From Octopus vulgaris (Eukaryota): a stretch of DNA of 64,000 nucleotides. Where the stretch lies: NCBI GenBank assembly GCA_951406725.2, contig OX597820.1, positions 6,262,001 to 6,326,000 on the forward strand, read 5' to 3'. This document shows positions 26,195 through 40,953 of the stretch, in pieces (position 1 is the stretch's first letter; the number at the start of each line of letters is the position of its first letter). The notes below the pieces were generated by a model. That model saw nothing but the letters and a program-made list of their open reading frames with translations. It was not told the origin of the DNA and ran no database searches. Position numbers and translations under genes: made by a program.

Positions 26195-26492
26195 TTATCC
26201 TTTGCTTGCTTCAGTCATTAAAATGCGACCAGGCTACGGCACCGCCGTAAAAAAATTTAGTCGAACGAATGAACCCAAGTGCTGATTTTATTTTTGCCTA
26301 GTACTTATTCTATCAGCCTCTTTTGCCGAACCAAATTACGGAGACGTAAACACACCACCATCGGTTATCAAACAGTAGTTGAGGGAAAAAAGACGCGCAT
26401 TCACGCCACCCCACACACAAACAAACAAACAAACACATGACGGACTTCTTTCAGTTTCCGTCGACCAAATCCACATACAAGCTTTTAGTCGA
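26195..26492 (-). mobile_element. SINE family A, diverged
   Basis: GCTTCAGTCATT..GCCTAGTACTTATTCTATC..CTTTTGCCGAACC..ACGTAAACACACC..CTTCTTTCAGTTTCCGTCGACCAAATCCAC. Confidence 0.8.
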
Positions 26493-26679
26493 CGTTTTGA
26501 TTACTTTGTTTAAGTTCTGAACGTTTATTATGTGTTTGGAATGCGGTAATGTGTTTCGTTCAATTTGTGTCATTTATCTCGCCTTATGGAGGTATTGTGT
26601 AATCACTAGCAGGCTTCATGTACTACATCTTCTTGTGTACTATATCTTCTTGTGTACTCTTGGGTCATAGTGCTAGTGC

Positions 26680-27015
26680 ATGCATATACAGCTGCCTGCG
26701 TGCGCACATACACGCGAGTACTGTCCAAATCTCCGACCAATCATATACAGCTAGCTGGCTTTCAATTGGCGTATCAAGTTTCGGGCATTTTGATTGAGTT
26801 TTGGATAGAAAATTCACAAAAAAGTCACTTCTATTGATTTTTTAATGGCTTTGTGGGGTGACTGGGGAAATGTAAAGATGTGCACAACCACCCTTGGACG
26901 GTTTTGAATGACCATAGAAAGTGCGAGTACTCTAACTGAAAAATTGTGGATTTGCATAAAGGACACACACGCACACACACACACACACAGACATTTTGCC
27001 GTTTATATATATAGA
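26680..27015 (-). mobile_element. Helitron-like non-autonomous element, 5' portion
   Basis: Minus strand begins A|TCTATATATATAAACGGCAAAATGTC followed by a (TG)n tract, the typical 5' signature of animal non-autonomous Helitrons. No clear 3' hairpin-CTAG found, so the left boundary is uncertain. Confidence 0.55.
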
Positions 27016-27738
27016 TATTTAGGAGTGGGAGATATTCACGAGTGCCATTTGCACGCGAATAAATACGGTAACTACACAAAGTCTTAAGGGAGGATTTAGC
27101 TGTTGTTTCTAAGTCTAAGTTTATTATTAGGCTGATAATGTCAGTTACGAGATTTCAAGGACCTTAAAGCGGAGGTGGGGGGGCGGTTGGAATATTTCCG
27201 TATCAACTTAGTACTTTACTGTTAGTGCTGTGGCGAAATATGGTTTAGGATTGATCCCGTTTGAAAATTACATATATTAAGGCAAACGTGGAATACTCTC
27301 CTAGCGAGCATATTTGATTTAATGATCGAATAATTAAATGCTCATCGTGGTAAAACGACGAAGGATCAATCCGAAATATAACCTGTGTATCACTGTCTGA
27401 ATGTAAGAGTGAATGCTGAGAGAGAATTGGATGGTAAAGACAGATGGTAAAGAAAATCCTGATCACCAAAACAACAACAACAAAAACCAGCGACAACAGC
27501 AACAACAACAACAACAATAAATTTCTATATTGAATGTTTCGTTATCACATTAATCTATTAGTCTTTTCTTGCTTTCAAGTTACATCTACAGATATAAGAC
27601 CGGGGTGGATGGGGGTCGGGTGGGGTGGGGTGCGCGCGCGCGCGCGCGTGTGTGCATGGAAAGACTTATGCGATGTCGATATCACTATCAATATATATAC
27701 ATGCATGTGTGTATGTACGTGTGTGTATATATATATAA

Positions 27739-27794
<56 letters not shown>

Positions 27795-27884
27795 CCACGT
27801 TCACATACACACAGACACAAGAAATACGCGCACACTCACACACAAACACACACGTATATGTATATATAGATATATATGCAGATA

Positions 27885-27937
<53 letters not shown>

Positions 27938-28065
27938 CATGGATATAATATGCTACTAAAGTCACATGAATGTAGACATATATACATGCTAACAAAAATT
28001 TTGTGAATGTCTACTTAAATTCTCTTATACGCACAAATATGCAGGTAAGTATATGTACATACATG

Positions 28066-28121
<56 letters not shown>

Positions 28122-28213
28122 TATGTCTGTGTGTGTGTACGTTTCTGTGTGTGTGTATGTGGGAACATGTATGTATGTATATATCTATAAATATCTATAT
28201 ATATGTATATATG

Positions 28214-28245
<32 letters not shown>

Positions 28246-28665
28246 TATGCATGTATACATATATATATGTGCATATGTACCCGTATACATGCACAATCAG
28301 GCGTATATGTATATATGCATATATATAATTTTGTAGTCATATATATATACTCAAGTTTGTGGAATTCAAATTGTTACAACTGTACTTTAAATGTATGTGC
28401 AAGTACATTTCTACACAACATCATGCGATTTTATAAAGACGCATACAGATACATATTCATACACGCACACACGCACATGCACACATACATTCATACATAT
28501 AAATATATGTGTGTGTGTGTGTGTGTGTATTAGGAAAAAGGGAGACGGGGAGAGATAAAGAAATACAATGAGAAAAACAAAGTGCGCTAGCGATGAGGAA
28601 AGTAAACATTTAGAGACGTATAGCGAAATAGATTGTTAGATGCGTGGATTGTTAGTTGGCTAGTA

Positions 28666-29150
<485 letters not shown>

Positions 29151-29733
29151 CTATTAATGTGTCCACATGCATTTTTATTATGTACACATATGCACACACA
29201 TATATATATATATGCATATATATATTAGAAAATCCATACTAACACATTATGTAGTCATACACCGACACACACATAAACCTATGTACATGTACATACGTAT
29301 ATATACACCTGTGCATATATATATATACATAAATATATATGCGTATATATATATGTATATATATATGCGTATATATATATATATGTATATATATATGCAT
29401 ATGCGTATATATATATGTGTATATATATGTATATGCATATATATATATATATATACTTATGTATGTATGTATGTGTGTATATATGCATGTATGCACACAT
29501 ACAAACTTTCATTCTGTCACCGTTAAGATTTGCATCTTTCACCTCAGTCATATTTTTCAAGTATATCTTTACTTTAAACTTAATTGCTTTCGGCTGAAGG
29601 TTTTTTTCTTTGAAGATTACTCCAGTATATGAGTAATAACTCACTTTCTTCTGATCGTCTCTTGCAAAATGGCGGAAGAAGACGAACAAAAACGACAAAT
29701 AAACACGAAAAAGAACAAATTGAAGAGAAAATT

Positions 29734-29769
<36 letters not shown>

Positions 29770-29891
29770 TATGTATGTATATATATGTATATATATATAT
29801 GTATATATTAAAAAAAACATATTAAAATGAAATGAACATATACAAAAACAAAAAAATATCCTTCCAAACTGACAAACATAGAGGAAAATAT

Positions 29892-30625
29892 AAAGAAGAA
29901 GAAGAAAAGAAGAAGAAGAAGAAGAAGAAGAAGAAGAAGAAGAAGAAGAAGAAGAAGAAGAAGAAGAAGAAGAAAAAGAAGAGGAAGAAACGACGAAGAC
30001 AAACAGCGTATATGTGAAGAAATTGAAACAAAAATGAAATATAGTAAAAAATAATAATAATAACAATAATAATAGTAATTGTATATGCATATTAAAAGTT
30101 ATGGTAGTAGGAGAGATATAGGACAGGTTTTAATGTGTGTGTGTGTGTGTGTATATATATATGTATACATATATACATATTTGTGTATCAGTGTATGTAT
30201 GGAGAGAGAAGGGGGCGTACGATGATAGAGGAATAAGTAGAGATAAAGAGTTAAGTGTAGAACGGCTAAGGAAGAAGAAGAAGAAGAAGAAGAAGAGGGA
30301 GAAGAAGGAGGAAGAGGAGGAGGAAAAAGGAGGAGGAAACGGAGGAGAAGAAGACGAAGAAGGAGACGAAGAAGAAGAAGAAAAAAGAAGACGACGAAGA
30401 AGAAGACGAAGAAGAAGAGGGAGGAGGAGGAGAAAAATGGAGGAGGAAGCGGAGGAGAAGAAGACGAAGGAGAAGAAGGAGGAGGAGAAGACGAAAAAAG
30501 GAGGAGGAAGAGGGGCAGAAGTAGAAGAGGAGGAGGAGGGAGAAGAAGATGATGAATAGGAGGAGGAAGAAGAAGGGGATGAAGGGGAGGAGGAAGAAGA
30601 AGGAGGAGTAAATGGAGGTGGGGAG
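29892..30625. repeat. (GAA)n/(GAG)n purine-rich low-complexity tracts
   Basis: Direct reading. Part of the source of the spurious 492-aa ORF 30099-31577. Confidence 0.9.
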
Positions 30626-31245
30626 GAGGAATTGGGAAACCGATGTGTATAGGATAGAATAATGGATGGATTGGTGGTAGGCTTGGTGTTAAAGGATTCC
30701 GCGGGGGTGGGGACTGAGAGGAGAGTATGAGGAGAGAGAAAGAGAGAGACACAAGAGTGTGTGTGGGAGAGAGAGAGATGTGTAGAGAGAAAGATAGATA
30801 GATCGAGATATAGGGACAGAGACAGAGAGAGAAAGATAGAGATATATATAAATATAGAGACCGAGAGTGAGAGAGAGAGAAAGATATAAATAGATAGGGA
30901 GTGAGAGAGAGAGAGAGAGAGAGAGTGTGTCGTTCTCTGAGAATATTGTGAATACTAGCATGATGTGTGTAAGTGTGTATGTGTGTGTATTTGCGTAAGT
31001 GTGTATCTGTGTGTTCCTGTACGTGTATGTATGTGTGTGTTCGTGTATGCGTACCTGTTGGTGAGGTTTTGTGTGTTTGTGTGTATCTGTATGAAAATGT
31101 GTAGGTGTGTGTGTGTGTGTGTGTGTGACCGCATGGTGAAAGACAGTAACTGCGATTGTGTGTGTGTATGAAAGAGAGAGAGAAAGAGAGAGAGGAAGAG
31201 AGTAAGAGGAAGAGACAGAGGAAGAGAGAACACAAAGAAGATACA

Positions 31246-31303
<58 letters not shown>

Positions 31304-31864
31304 AAGCGTAGAAACAAAGAATGAAAGGTGGAAGAAAGAGAGAAAGAGAGAGAGAAACTCGGAAAAACGTAGACGCAAAATGTGTGTCTGTAGGTATGTG
31401 TGAGAGAGAGGGAGAGAGAGAGAGAGAGAGGAAGAGAGAGGAAGAGAGGAAGAAGGAGAGAGGAAGAGAGAACAGGAGAGAGAGAGAGAGGTAACCAGTG
31501 TTTGTGTGCGACATATTGAAACAAATGGAGCGAGGGAGAGACTCAGACACTAAATGTGTGTGTGTGTGTGTGTGCATGAGAGAGAGAGAGAGAGAAAACG
31601 AAGAGACAAATAACCAGTGGGTGTGTGCGTGCGTGCGTGTGCAGATGTTAACGGTTTAGAGAGAGAATGATGGACTTATATAATGTAGCAGAAAGATAAA
31701 ACCAGAATGAAGGGATGTAAGAATGTGGATTGTAACGGAATGAGAGAATGAAGAGAACGAAACAGACGACACGGATGGTATCTCTCTACTACTTACTGGT
31801 CCATCCAACTATCTCTCTTGCTCTGTCTGTCTATCTATCTATCTATCAATCTATCTATCTATCA

Positions 31865-31929
<65 letters not shown>

Positions 31930-32148
31930 ACTATCTATCTATCTATCTATCTCTTTCTGAGTGTGTGTGTATGGGGGTGGGGCTGTCTCTCTCTCTCTCT
32001 CTCTCTCTCTCTGGCTGGCTGACTTTCTTTCCTCCTTTCCTCCCCCAGGATCTGTCTCCGTAGGTGTCCGTGTGCCAGCGTGCGTGTCTTTCCAAGTGTA
32101 TATCTTTCCCTCTGTCCGTTTACCTTTGTGTTGATACGTATTTCCCAT

Positions 32149-32187
<39 letters not shown>

Positions 32188-32217
32188 GTATGTGTGTGTA
32201 TGAAGAAGAAGAAGACG

Positions 32218-32287
<70 letters not shown>

Positions 32288-32569
32288 AACGACATAGTAG
32301 GAGAGAGAGAGAGAGAGAGAGAGACAGAACGATATAGTAGGAGAGAGAGAGAGGGAAGAATTTGTTGACGTTTATTGAGAATTTGGAGGGAAAAAGTACC
32401 AACAATATTGAGAGAAAAGCGAATCAACGTGGTTTTCACTTTGTATGCAAGAAAGCATTCTATCACTTGAAGAGGAATGCGTGTGTGTGTGTGTGTGCTA
32501 TGCATACACACACACACACACACACATGTATATGTACATATATGTGTGTGTATATATATTCGCGTTTGT

Positions 32570-32608
<39 letters not shown>

Positions 32609-32930
32609 CACATACACGTATTCCAGTATATGTCTCGGTGTATTTATATGAATGTATGTGTATAATGTTAAAACGAAATCAACAAAACGTTATCAATAAC
32701 AAAAGACAACAATGTAAGCAACAACAACAACAACAACAACAATAATAGTAACAACACGAACAACAACAAACGGTACCGGTAAAATTGAATCAAGCGCCCC
32801 TTCACCCCCTTCACCCCCCTCCCCCGTCCTACAAGAACCCACATTTTACACGAACATAATGACGGAAATTGAAAGCAAAAAAAAAAAGCTTAAGAAATAA
32901 GATTGGATTTTTAAGCAGAAATAATTAATG

Positions 32931-33006
<76 letters not shown>

Positions 33007-33423
33007 TGTGTTGTGAATTAATATGAAGTATTGTCCTAGGAACACAGAATATCTTTACCCATGGTCCAATGAATACCACTCGACCAATTGGTTAGGAGAT
33101 CGTGCTGTCGTTGAATATATTATTCGATAGCGCTCTGTCCTAACTACTTCATTATTTTTCTCTGTTATAATGAGATTTAGCCCAAGGCCAGTCCTGACAC
33201 AGGACATCTACAATTAAACATATCCTAGCCACGACCACCCTGTTTTATATTTATTTTACATATCTGGTGTTTGGATGATTACATCTTCCAATGAATTCTA
33301 TTTTCAAAGTTTAAAAATTGATTTTAGTGTAATTTATCGACATTTCCTAACCTTAGTGACTGAAGCGACCTCTGAACCGTGACCCCCTTACGTTGTGACG
33401 CTATAATGAAGTTATTAAAGGGT

Positions 33424-33926
33424 TGATGTCATCATCATCATTGCTCGACCGTAGTCGAGACAATGGAATTTACTATGTTACGCCAGACTTCACTGTCCAT
33501 CATAGCATTACGGTGGTCCTGTTGCTGGATGCCTGTATCCCTGGAGATTACATCAGGGTAGGAGAGTGTGCGCCCTCTGGTATCGCGTGCAGATGGCTTC
33601 CAGAGGAGAAGAGTAGAAATTACCTCGTTTTCAGCACAACAATGTCCAGCAAACTGGACTCTTCCTACCTTTCACAAGAGATGATACAGGTGGTAGTTTC
33701 CCATATATTTGTACTTTGGTTGGATGACGCTTCCACGAGAGATTTTGGGCTCTCATAAGGAGGCGAGTGTAAGTTCCATCCAACCGTCTCTCAAGCTTCT
33801 TTGATAATGTCCAGGTTTCTGAGCCATATAGTAGAATTGGTTCGACTGTGGCTTTGAAGATTTAAGTTTGAAATCTCTACTTAGATTTGACGACCAGATC
33901 TTATACATATCATTACAGGCTGACCA
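33424..33926 (-). mobile_element. RTE-group LINE, 5'-truncated 3' fragment
   Basis: With small frameshifts the minus strand reads WSACNDMYKIWSSNLSRDFKL.IFKATVEPILLYGSETWTLSKKLERRLDGTYTRLLMRAQNLSWKRHPTKVQIYGKLPPVSSLVKGR.VQFAGHC...MMDSEVWRNIVNSI. LLYGSETW and FAGH are RTE post-RT motifs. (GAT)n tail. Confidence 0.9.
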
Positions 33927-34657
33927 GGGGTGATGTACTGCAAGATAGCTAGAAAGGAAGCTAGAATATTTAGTGGTAATTATAATCTTTTATGCTCAGA
34001 GTTCAAATCCTGCCGGTACGGCCTTTGTCTTTCGGACTGGAGACCATGAAATTCATTGCACCTTTTTCCCGGTAGGTTGTGGCCGGATATCTGTACTGAA
34101 GTTGTTATCTACCGCAAACGTGTTAGTGGTCAGGCTTCCAGTTCCTCTACTTCTGTAAGTTGAGCGAAGTTCTGTCTATCATAGCTTCATGTTGACCAAT
34201 CCTGACCGATAAAATTGTTCGTAATGAGAACTGTTTGTAAACCTAGGTTCCAATGTGGTGCGTTGTGTTCTTGCGCAAAACACTTCATCTCACCGCCAGA
34301 AAATGTTGTTGACAAAATACGGCAGAAATTGTATACACCTCAATAGACGTCATTAATTGGTTGAAATTGCCGAAATGCAAGAAAATAAACAACAAATAGC
34401 TTACAAACTATAGAATTTTCTCAAGATAGCCAAGAGGTTACAAAGAAATTATTTTAAAAATCTGCCGGTCAAACAGAAAAGATCCCACGATGCTCTGCGA
34501 AGACAACGACACCTGACTTATGATACACTTGTGCATCTAACCAGGCAACGTCGGTTGGATAGAGCGAGTTAGTTAATGAACTGCACCCACATTCGATCAC
34601 TAGAAACAAATAATTTGTACAGGTCGTTTGGTAAAAAAGCTGAACGCTCATATATGA

Positions 34658-35944
34658 TCAGGTTGAGTAAAAAATAAGCAACGTTTTGAACCATGAAGAA
34701 TTTGAGCCGGATTTTTTAAATTTTGAATTTTTAAAAAATATTGTTTTTGAAATTGTCTGATAATATAGACATAAACTTGTCGAAATGCATCGATAAATTA
34801 ACATTGATATTCTGAACGTTGTTACCATCATCTGAAATGGAACAGTCAAAGCACGATATTTGAGCAATTTTTCTATTCAACTTTAAAAAAGGACGTAAAG
34901 CAGATGAAACTGCTCGCGATATCAACGAAATGTTTGGTGAGGAAATGACCAGTGAGTGATCAGCTCGAAAATGGTTTAAACGATTTCGTTGTGGAGACCT
35001 GAGCCTTGAAGATCGTGACTGTAGTGGACGCCCATCTGTCATCGATGACGGTCTATTAAAGGCCGTCATTGAGAAAGATCCACGTAAAACCACTCGAGAA
35101 CTGGCGAAAGTACTTCAAGTTAGCCAGAAAAATGTCTTCAACCATTTTCATGCGATCGGAAAATCAAAAAAGCTCAACAAATGGGTACCACACAATTTGA
35201 ATGAAAATCAAAAAATGCGCAGATATGAAATTTACTCGTCGCTTCTTCTCCGTAAACAGACTGATTCATTTCTCGACCGCATTGTAACTTGCGATGAAAA
35301 GTGGATTCTGTACAATAATAAAAAAAAAACGTTCTTCGCAGTGGTTGAACCAAAAGGAAACACTGAAAACCTTCCCTAAACCCGAGCTCTTCAAAAAAGA
35401 AGGTGATGGTAACTGCTTTGTGGTGTACTGCTGGACACATCCACTATAACTCCTTTTAAATTGGAAAAACATTACAGCAGAAACATATTGCCATGAAATT
35501 GCCAAAATGAACTAAAAACGGCTACTTCTCCGCCTCAGACTGGTCAACAGAGGAGGACCAATCATTCTTCATAACAATGCTCGACCAAACGTTTCACTAA
35601 TGATGCTCCAGAAGTTGAGGGAACTTGACTACGAAGTTCTTCCCAACCCAGCTTATTCCCCAGACCTTTCTCTTACTGACTACCACAAATTTCAAGCACC
35701 TTGATGATTTCCTGCGAGAGAAGGAGTTCAAAAATCAAACCAATGTTGAAAGTGTGCTCAAAGAGTTTATAGGCTCCAGAACCCCAAATTTTTGTGTTAC
35801 CGAAAGAAACAAACTTGTAACTCGTTGGCCAAAATGCGTTGCTCGTAATGGTACTTCTTTTGATAAATAAAATTTCCGCATTGTTCAAATATATTGTGAT
35901 GAATTCCATGTTTCAAAACGTTGCTTAGGTTTTACTCAGCCTGA
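34658..35944 (+). mobile_element. mariner DNA transposon (cecropia/Hsmar1-like), full length 1287 bp
   Basis: TIRs TCAGGTTGAGTAAAAAATAAGCAACGTTTTGAACCATG and CATGTTTCAAAACGTTGCTTAGGTTTTACTCAGCCTGA. TA follows the right end; the left flank reads GA. Confidence 0.95.
34837..35870 (+). pseudogene. mariner DD34D transposase, inactivated by stops and frameshifts
   Basis: MEQSKHDI*AIFLFNFKKGRKADETARDINEMFG...WFKRFRCGDLSLED..SGRPS...WVPHNL...IVTCDEKWILYNN...LHNNARP (second catalytic D changed to N)...YSPDLSLTDYH. Confidence 0.93.
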
Positions 35945-35958
35945 TATACATACATACA

Positions 35959-35994
<36 letters not shown>

Positions 35995-36124
35995 CACACA
36001 TACATGCATACATACATATATATATATAACTTGCACTTGTTTATACAATAGTAATGTTGTTACTGCACAACTAACATCTGGACTCCAAATAGCAAATAAA
36101 AAATGTAACAATATGATTTAATAT

Positions 36125-36590
36125 TTCGGTACAAGGCCTGCAATTTTCTAGGGGTTGGTTAGTCGATTACATCAGCTCCACCCCCACCCCAATGTTCAAA
36201 TAATATTTATTTTATCGACCTCGAAAGGATAAAAGGCTAAGTCGACAATGGCGGAACTTGAACTCAGAATCTAAAGATGGACGCAATCCCGCTAAGCCTT
36301 TTGTCAGGTGTGCTAACAATTCTGCCAGCTCACCGCCTTACTAACGACATCAACAACAACAACAACAATAAATAAAATCAATATTGAGTCCAAATTTTGG
36401 CAGGAGACCAAGAATTTCGGGGGAGGGGGTGAAGTCGATTTTATTGACCCCAGTACACAACTGGTACTTATTTTATTGACTCCAAAAAGATGAAAGGCAA
36501 AGTGGACGTTGGTGGAATTTGAAGTCAGAACGTGAAGACGGACGAAATGCCACTAAGCATCTTCCCCGGCGTGCCAGATCGCCGCCAATT
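36125..36590 (-). mobile_element. Two adjacent diverged SINE family B copies (36125-36340 and 36395-36590)
   Basis: Both contain rc-core TTTAT.GAC..AAA.GAT.AAAGGC.AAGT.GAC..GG.GGAA.TTGAA.TCAGAA and head TGCCAG.TC.CCGCC. Confidence 0.8.
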
Positions 36591-37383
36591 CTTTTTTTCT
36601 ACAGACACAAGTTTTAACATTACATCGACCCGTGTACTCGAATGGTGCCTAATTAATCGAATCCGAGAAGATGAACGGGTAGTAATGACTTCTCCTTACC
36701 GAAACCTACCGATGAAGTTGCTAAGACAGGGGGAGATATATCGGTGGTTATATATGGATGACGTTAGGTGCTACCGATGGGAAAAGACTGGATTCGCTGG
36801 TCCACACAGTCAGGATATTTTCTCACGTAAGAAAATGATTTGAAAACTAGCAAACAGAAGACAATAAACTGCAACCCCACAAAACGACCAGTTGAAATTG
36901 TAGGACAATATAGACAATGATTGGAGTCGATCTATGATTTAAAACCAATTAATGAAAATAAACAGCATGTTTTGGTCTTATTAGAACTCCTCAGAGATGC
37001 ATATTATACTCAATTGGCAAAAACTAAGTGACTAATATGTATACAAAGAGAATGAAGTAGATATTTATTCCGTCAATTCATTTCGATTCAATATGGTGTC
37101 ATTTCCCACCAATGTTACGGAGAGTGTTGCCTACTTAGGGTCAGCGGCAAAATATAAGTACCAAGAACTGAGTCGATTTCATCGATCAATATATACCCTC
37201 TAAGCAGATGGCCTTGTGCCTCAATTAGAAACAATTATTCTTATCATTCATTGTGTGCACGAATGTTTTACATTCGGAATCAATGTCTTTGAGAAGAGGT
37301 CGCAACCGTTTTACTTAGATATCGACGAACTTTCTTCCAATTCTTGCTGTTCCCAATAAGGCAGATTTCTGAGCTGCTACTGC

Positions 37384-37414
<31 letters not shown>

Positions 37415-37435
37415 GTCATTGTTGTTGTTGTTGTT

Positions 37436-37840
37436 AAGGCGGCGAGTTGGCAGAAATGTTAGCACGCTGGACGACATGCTTAGCGGTATTTCGTCTGCCG
37501 TTAGGTACTAATTTCAAATTCCGCCAAGGTCGACTTTGCCTTTCATCCTTTCGGCGTCGATAAATTAAGTACCAGTTAAGCACTGGGGTCGATGTAATCG
37601 ACTTAATACCTATGGCTGTCCTTGTTTGTCCCCTCTGTGTTTAGCCCCTTGTGGGTAGTAAAGAAATAGGTATTTTCCCCCGTCGCTACGTTCTGAGTTC
37701 AAATTACGCTGAGGTTGATTTTGCCTTTCATCCGTTTGGAGGTCGATAAATTAAGTACCAGTTGCGTACTGGCGTCGATGTGATCGACTAGCCCATTCCC
37801 CACGATTTCAGGACTTGTGCCTGTAGTAGAAAGGATTATT
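37436..37840 (+). mobile_element. SINE family B head-to-tail dimer
   Basis: Full unit 37436-37669. The second unit restarts at GGTATTT (~37669) and ends in a different tail (GGACTTGTGCCTGTAGTAGAAAGGATTATT). Confidence 0.9.
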
Positions 37841-38735
37841 ATTGTTGTTGTTGTTATTGTCGTTGTCGCTGCTGCTGCTACTGCTGCTGCAGTTCTAGTC
37901 GTTCTGCAGTTCTTCGAGTTTATAAAGCCAGACTTCACCTGTTCTACAAGACAACTTGGGTGGCTTGTACGGTCCCTACCGCTACAAAAAGCAATGCCAT
38001 CACCCTCGGCTACCACTACCACCACCACTAACCACACCATCACTATCACCACCGCAACAACAATAATAGCAACAGCGACAGTCACAACAATCAAGCATCA
38101 TGATGTACCCTTAAACAGGGCACTCCGTTACGACACCTCTTAGCCATATATTTCCTTCTTAAACAAAATAGAGTGTTAACAGTGTACCAACCAAGTACCT
38201 GGGTACGGAGTATGTTGGGAAGTCAGATGAGTTGTTACATGTCTATCAGCTGGTTGGAATATTAAGGATTTGGTGTACTACTACTCCCAGACACAAATAT
38301 TAGATTAGGGGATATTAAACCATGTCTAATGTTACCCCTCCACGATCTAGATATCAAGTTATTGCAATTAATAAAGAATGTATATGTTACTCCTGTACGA
38401 CGAAAGTATTAGACTGAGGGGTTTAATAAAGGCAGTATGTTACCCGTCAAGTACCTGAGAATCGGATTAAGGGTCGTTACACCAGGGGATATCTCATCAC
38501 TCTACATCTGTATCTGTATGTGGACTTCTATCCGTATCAGGTATGGGGTAAGGTGGGGCAAAGGTGAAACCAGGTTATGTGCTAGGACTATCACTGAATT
38601 TCAAATCAAGTCAATGTTTGTTTCCTTATATTCATGTTTCACTTTAACACCTGAAACTTGACAGAATGGTGTGGTTGGTGACAGACAACTTAGAGTGATA
38701 ACTTCATCTTTAAGATCTTTATCAATCGATTGATA

Positions 38736-38767
<32 letters not shown>

Positions 38768-39055
38768 TGATGTGGGACTGTGAGTGCCTGTCAGATACAC
38801 ACACGTAAACACATATAAGCAGTGAGGGAGAGAGAGAGACAGAGGAAGAGAGTGGGCAGTATGGACAGAAGTTTGGTGTGTATGGTGTATCAAGAAATAC
38901 GTGTAGGTGTGTGTGTGTGTGTGTGTGCAAGTTGTACGTTTATGTACGTGTATGTGGGTGAAAGAGAGAGAAAATAGGTGGGTGGGATAGAGAATCGGGT
39001 TTGATACAGATAGAAAGAACAGAAGTACATAGGAACATGGAAATGTGCTGAGGGA

Positions 39056-39098
<43 letters not shown>

Positions 39099-39115
39099 TA
39101 TATATATATAGATAT

Positions 39116-39148
<33 letters not shown>

Positions 39149-39157
39149 CACACACAC

Positions 39158-39276
39158 ACTTATAGAGCAAATGACATATATATATATACACACACACAAG
39201 AGAGGAAAGGTAGGGAGATATATACAGACGGGAGCGTGGGTGAGGACTAGAGGGAGAGACAGAGAGAGAAATAGAA

Positions 39277-39307
<31 letters not shown>

Positions 39308-39440
39308 AGGTGAGAGAGATAGGAGAGAAATCTACTTATAGAGCAAATGAAACAGGGAATATGAAAAGAGAGAGGAAAGGTAGGGAGACAGACGGGAGCG
39401 TGGGTGAGGACTAGAGGGAGAGACAGAGAGAGAAATAGAA

Positions 39441-39472
<32 letters not shown>

Positions 39473-39501
39473 GGAGAGAGGGAGAGAGAGAGAGATTTCT
39501 A
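39158..39501. repeat. ~170-bp tandem duplication
   Basis: CTTATAGAGCAAATGA and GAGAGGAAAGGTAGGGAGA..CAGACGGGAGCGTGGGTGAGGACTAGAGGGAGAGACAGAGAGAGAAATAGAAGG each occur twice. Confidence 0.88.
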
Positions 39502-39904
39502 TTGAAAGACTTTGAAGAAGTGAATGGATGTTGGAGGAATAAAAAGGAAATGGTTGCAGTTGATGAAGTTATTGCGACGTTATCTGGTTTGGAATCTGAA
39601 AAGATTTCCATTCCTTGTTGAAGCCGAAACGGAGAATGGCTTTGCCTCCTTGCTCTCCGCTTTTATACAATGCTATATACAGACACGCACAGAAGTATGT
39701 GTCTAGGCTTATATGCATACATACATATATATGTATATTTATACATACATACACACACGCGCACAAACATATGTACGTATATACATATACGCTTTCATAT
39801 ACACACCCATACACCCTTATACTATTAATTACATACAAAGTTTTATGCATACATATATATTGTTTCATTTATTCATTCATTCACACACACTTATATATAC
39901 ATAC

Positions 39905-39953
<49 letters not shown>

Positions 39954-40443
39954 CATACATACACTTTTCTAGGCAAGTTGACTTACAGGTAGATGCACAT
40001 TAACCTGCATAGATGCATTCGCTTCTGGTGCACACTCATACACGCATGCATCCATTACACAAACGTACTTGCACATGCACACACACACGCACACACAAAC
40101 ATCTGTCTGTCTGTCTATCTGTCTGTCTGTCTATCTGTCTGTCTCTCTATGTATATATATATACAAAATCAGAAACTTACAATCAAAAACAAACACACAT
40201 ACCATTCAACCAACCTAGTCATTAACAACTGCCCTTGTATGTATTAATATGTTTAAATGTGTGTGTGTGTATATATATATATACATATGCACATATATAT
40301 GTGAATGTGTGTGTGCGTATGTGAGTGTGCACCAGTTTGTATATATATGCATGAGTGAGTTCCCTCTGTGCATACGCCAGTCCCTGCGTGTGTTTACACA
40401 CACATGCATGCACACACACACACACTCACACACGTGAATAAAG

Positions 40444-40537
<94 letters not shown>

Positions 40538-40646
40538 CATATATATTATATATATGCATGTGTATGTGTATCTATACATGAACGCGTGTGGATAAGTATA
40601 AACATCTATCTGATTATATATGTGTGTTGTTTGTATGTGTAGATGA

Positions 40647-40694
<48 letters not shown>

Positions 40695-40916
40695 CACATA
40701 TATGCATATATGAGTATATACATACACGTTTGTATAAACACACACACAAATGAGGTGAGACTGAGAAAGACAGACGCAGAGAGGATGAGTATACATTGTG
40801 ACTGTGTCTGTATGTGTAGTAATGAATGCTCGTATATACATGTAACTATATAAATATAAGTATATACACACATATATATGTATATATATATATACACATA
40901 TACACTCATATATACG

Positions 40917-40953
<37 letters not shown>

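Noticed and set aside
30099-31577. 492-aa minus-strand ORF, the longest in the track
   Set aside because: It is a translation of (CT)n, (CA)n and (CTT)n/(CCT)n runs that lack stops by composition; no domain content.
36960-37000. Minus-strand CUGAGGA-GUUCU-AAUA-AGAC-CAAAAC hammerhead-like string
   Set aside because: The GAAA box and stem I are broken. Possibly a relic of the 5535 family but not supportable on its own.
38230-38490. Recurring TGTTAC(C/T)C at ~55-bp spacing
   Set aside because: Too degenerate to define a unit reliably by eye.
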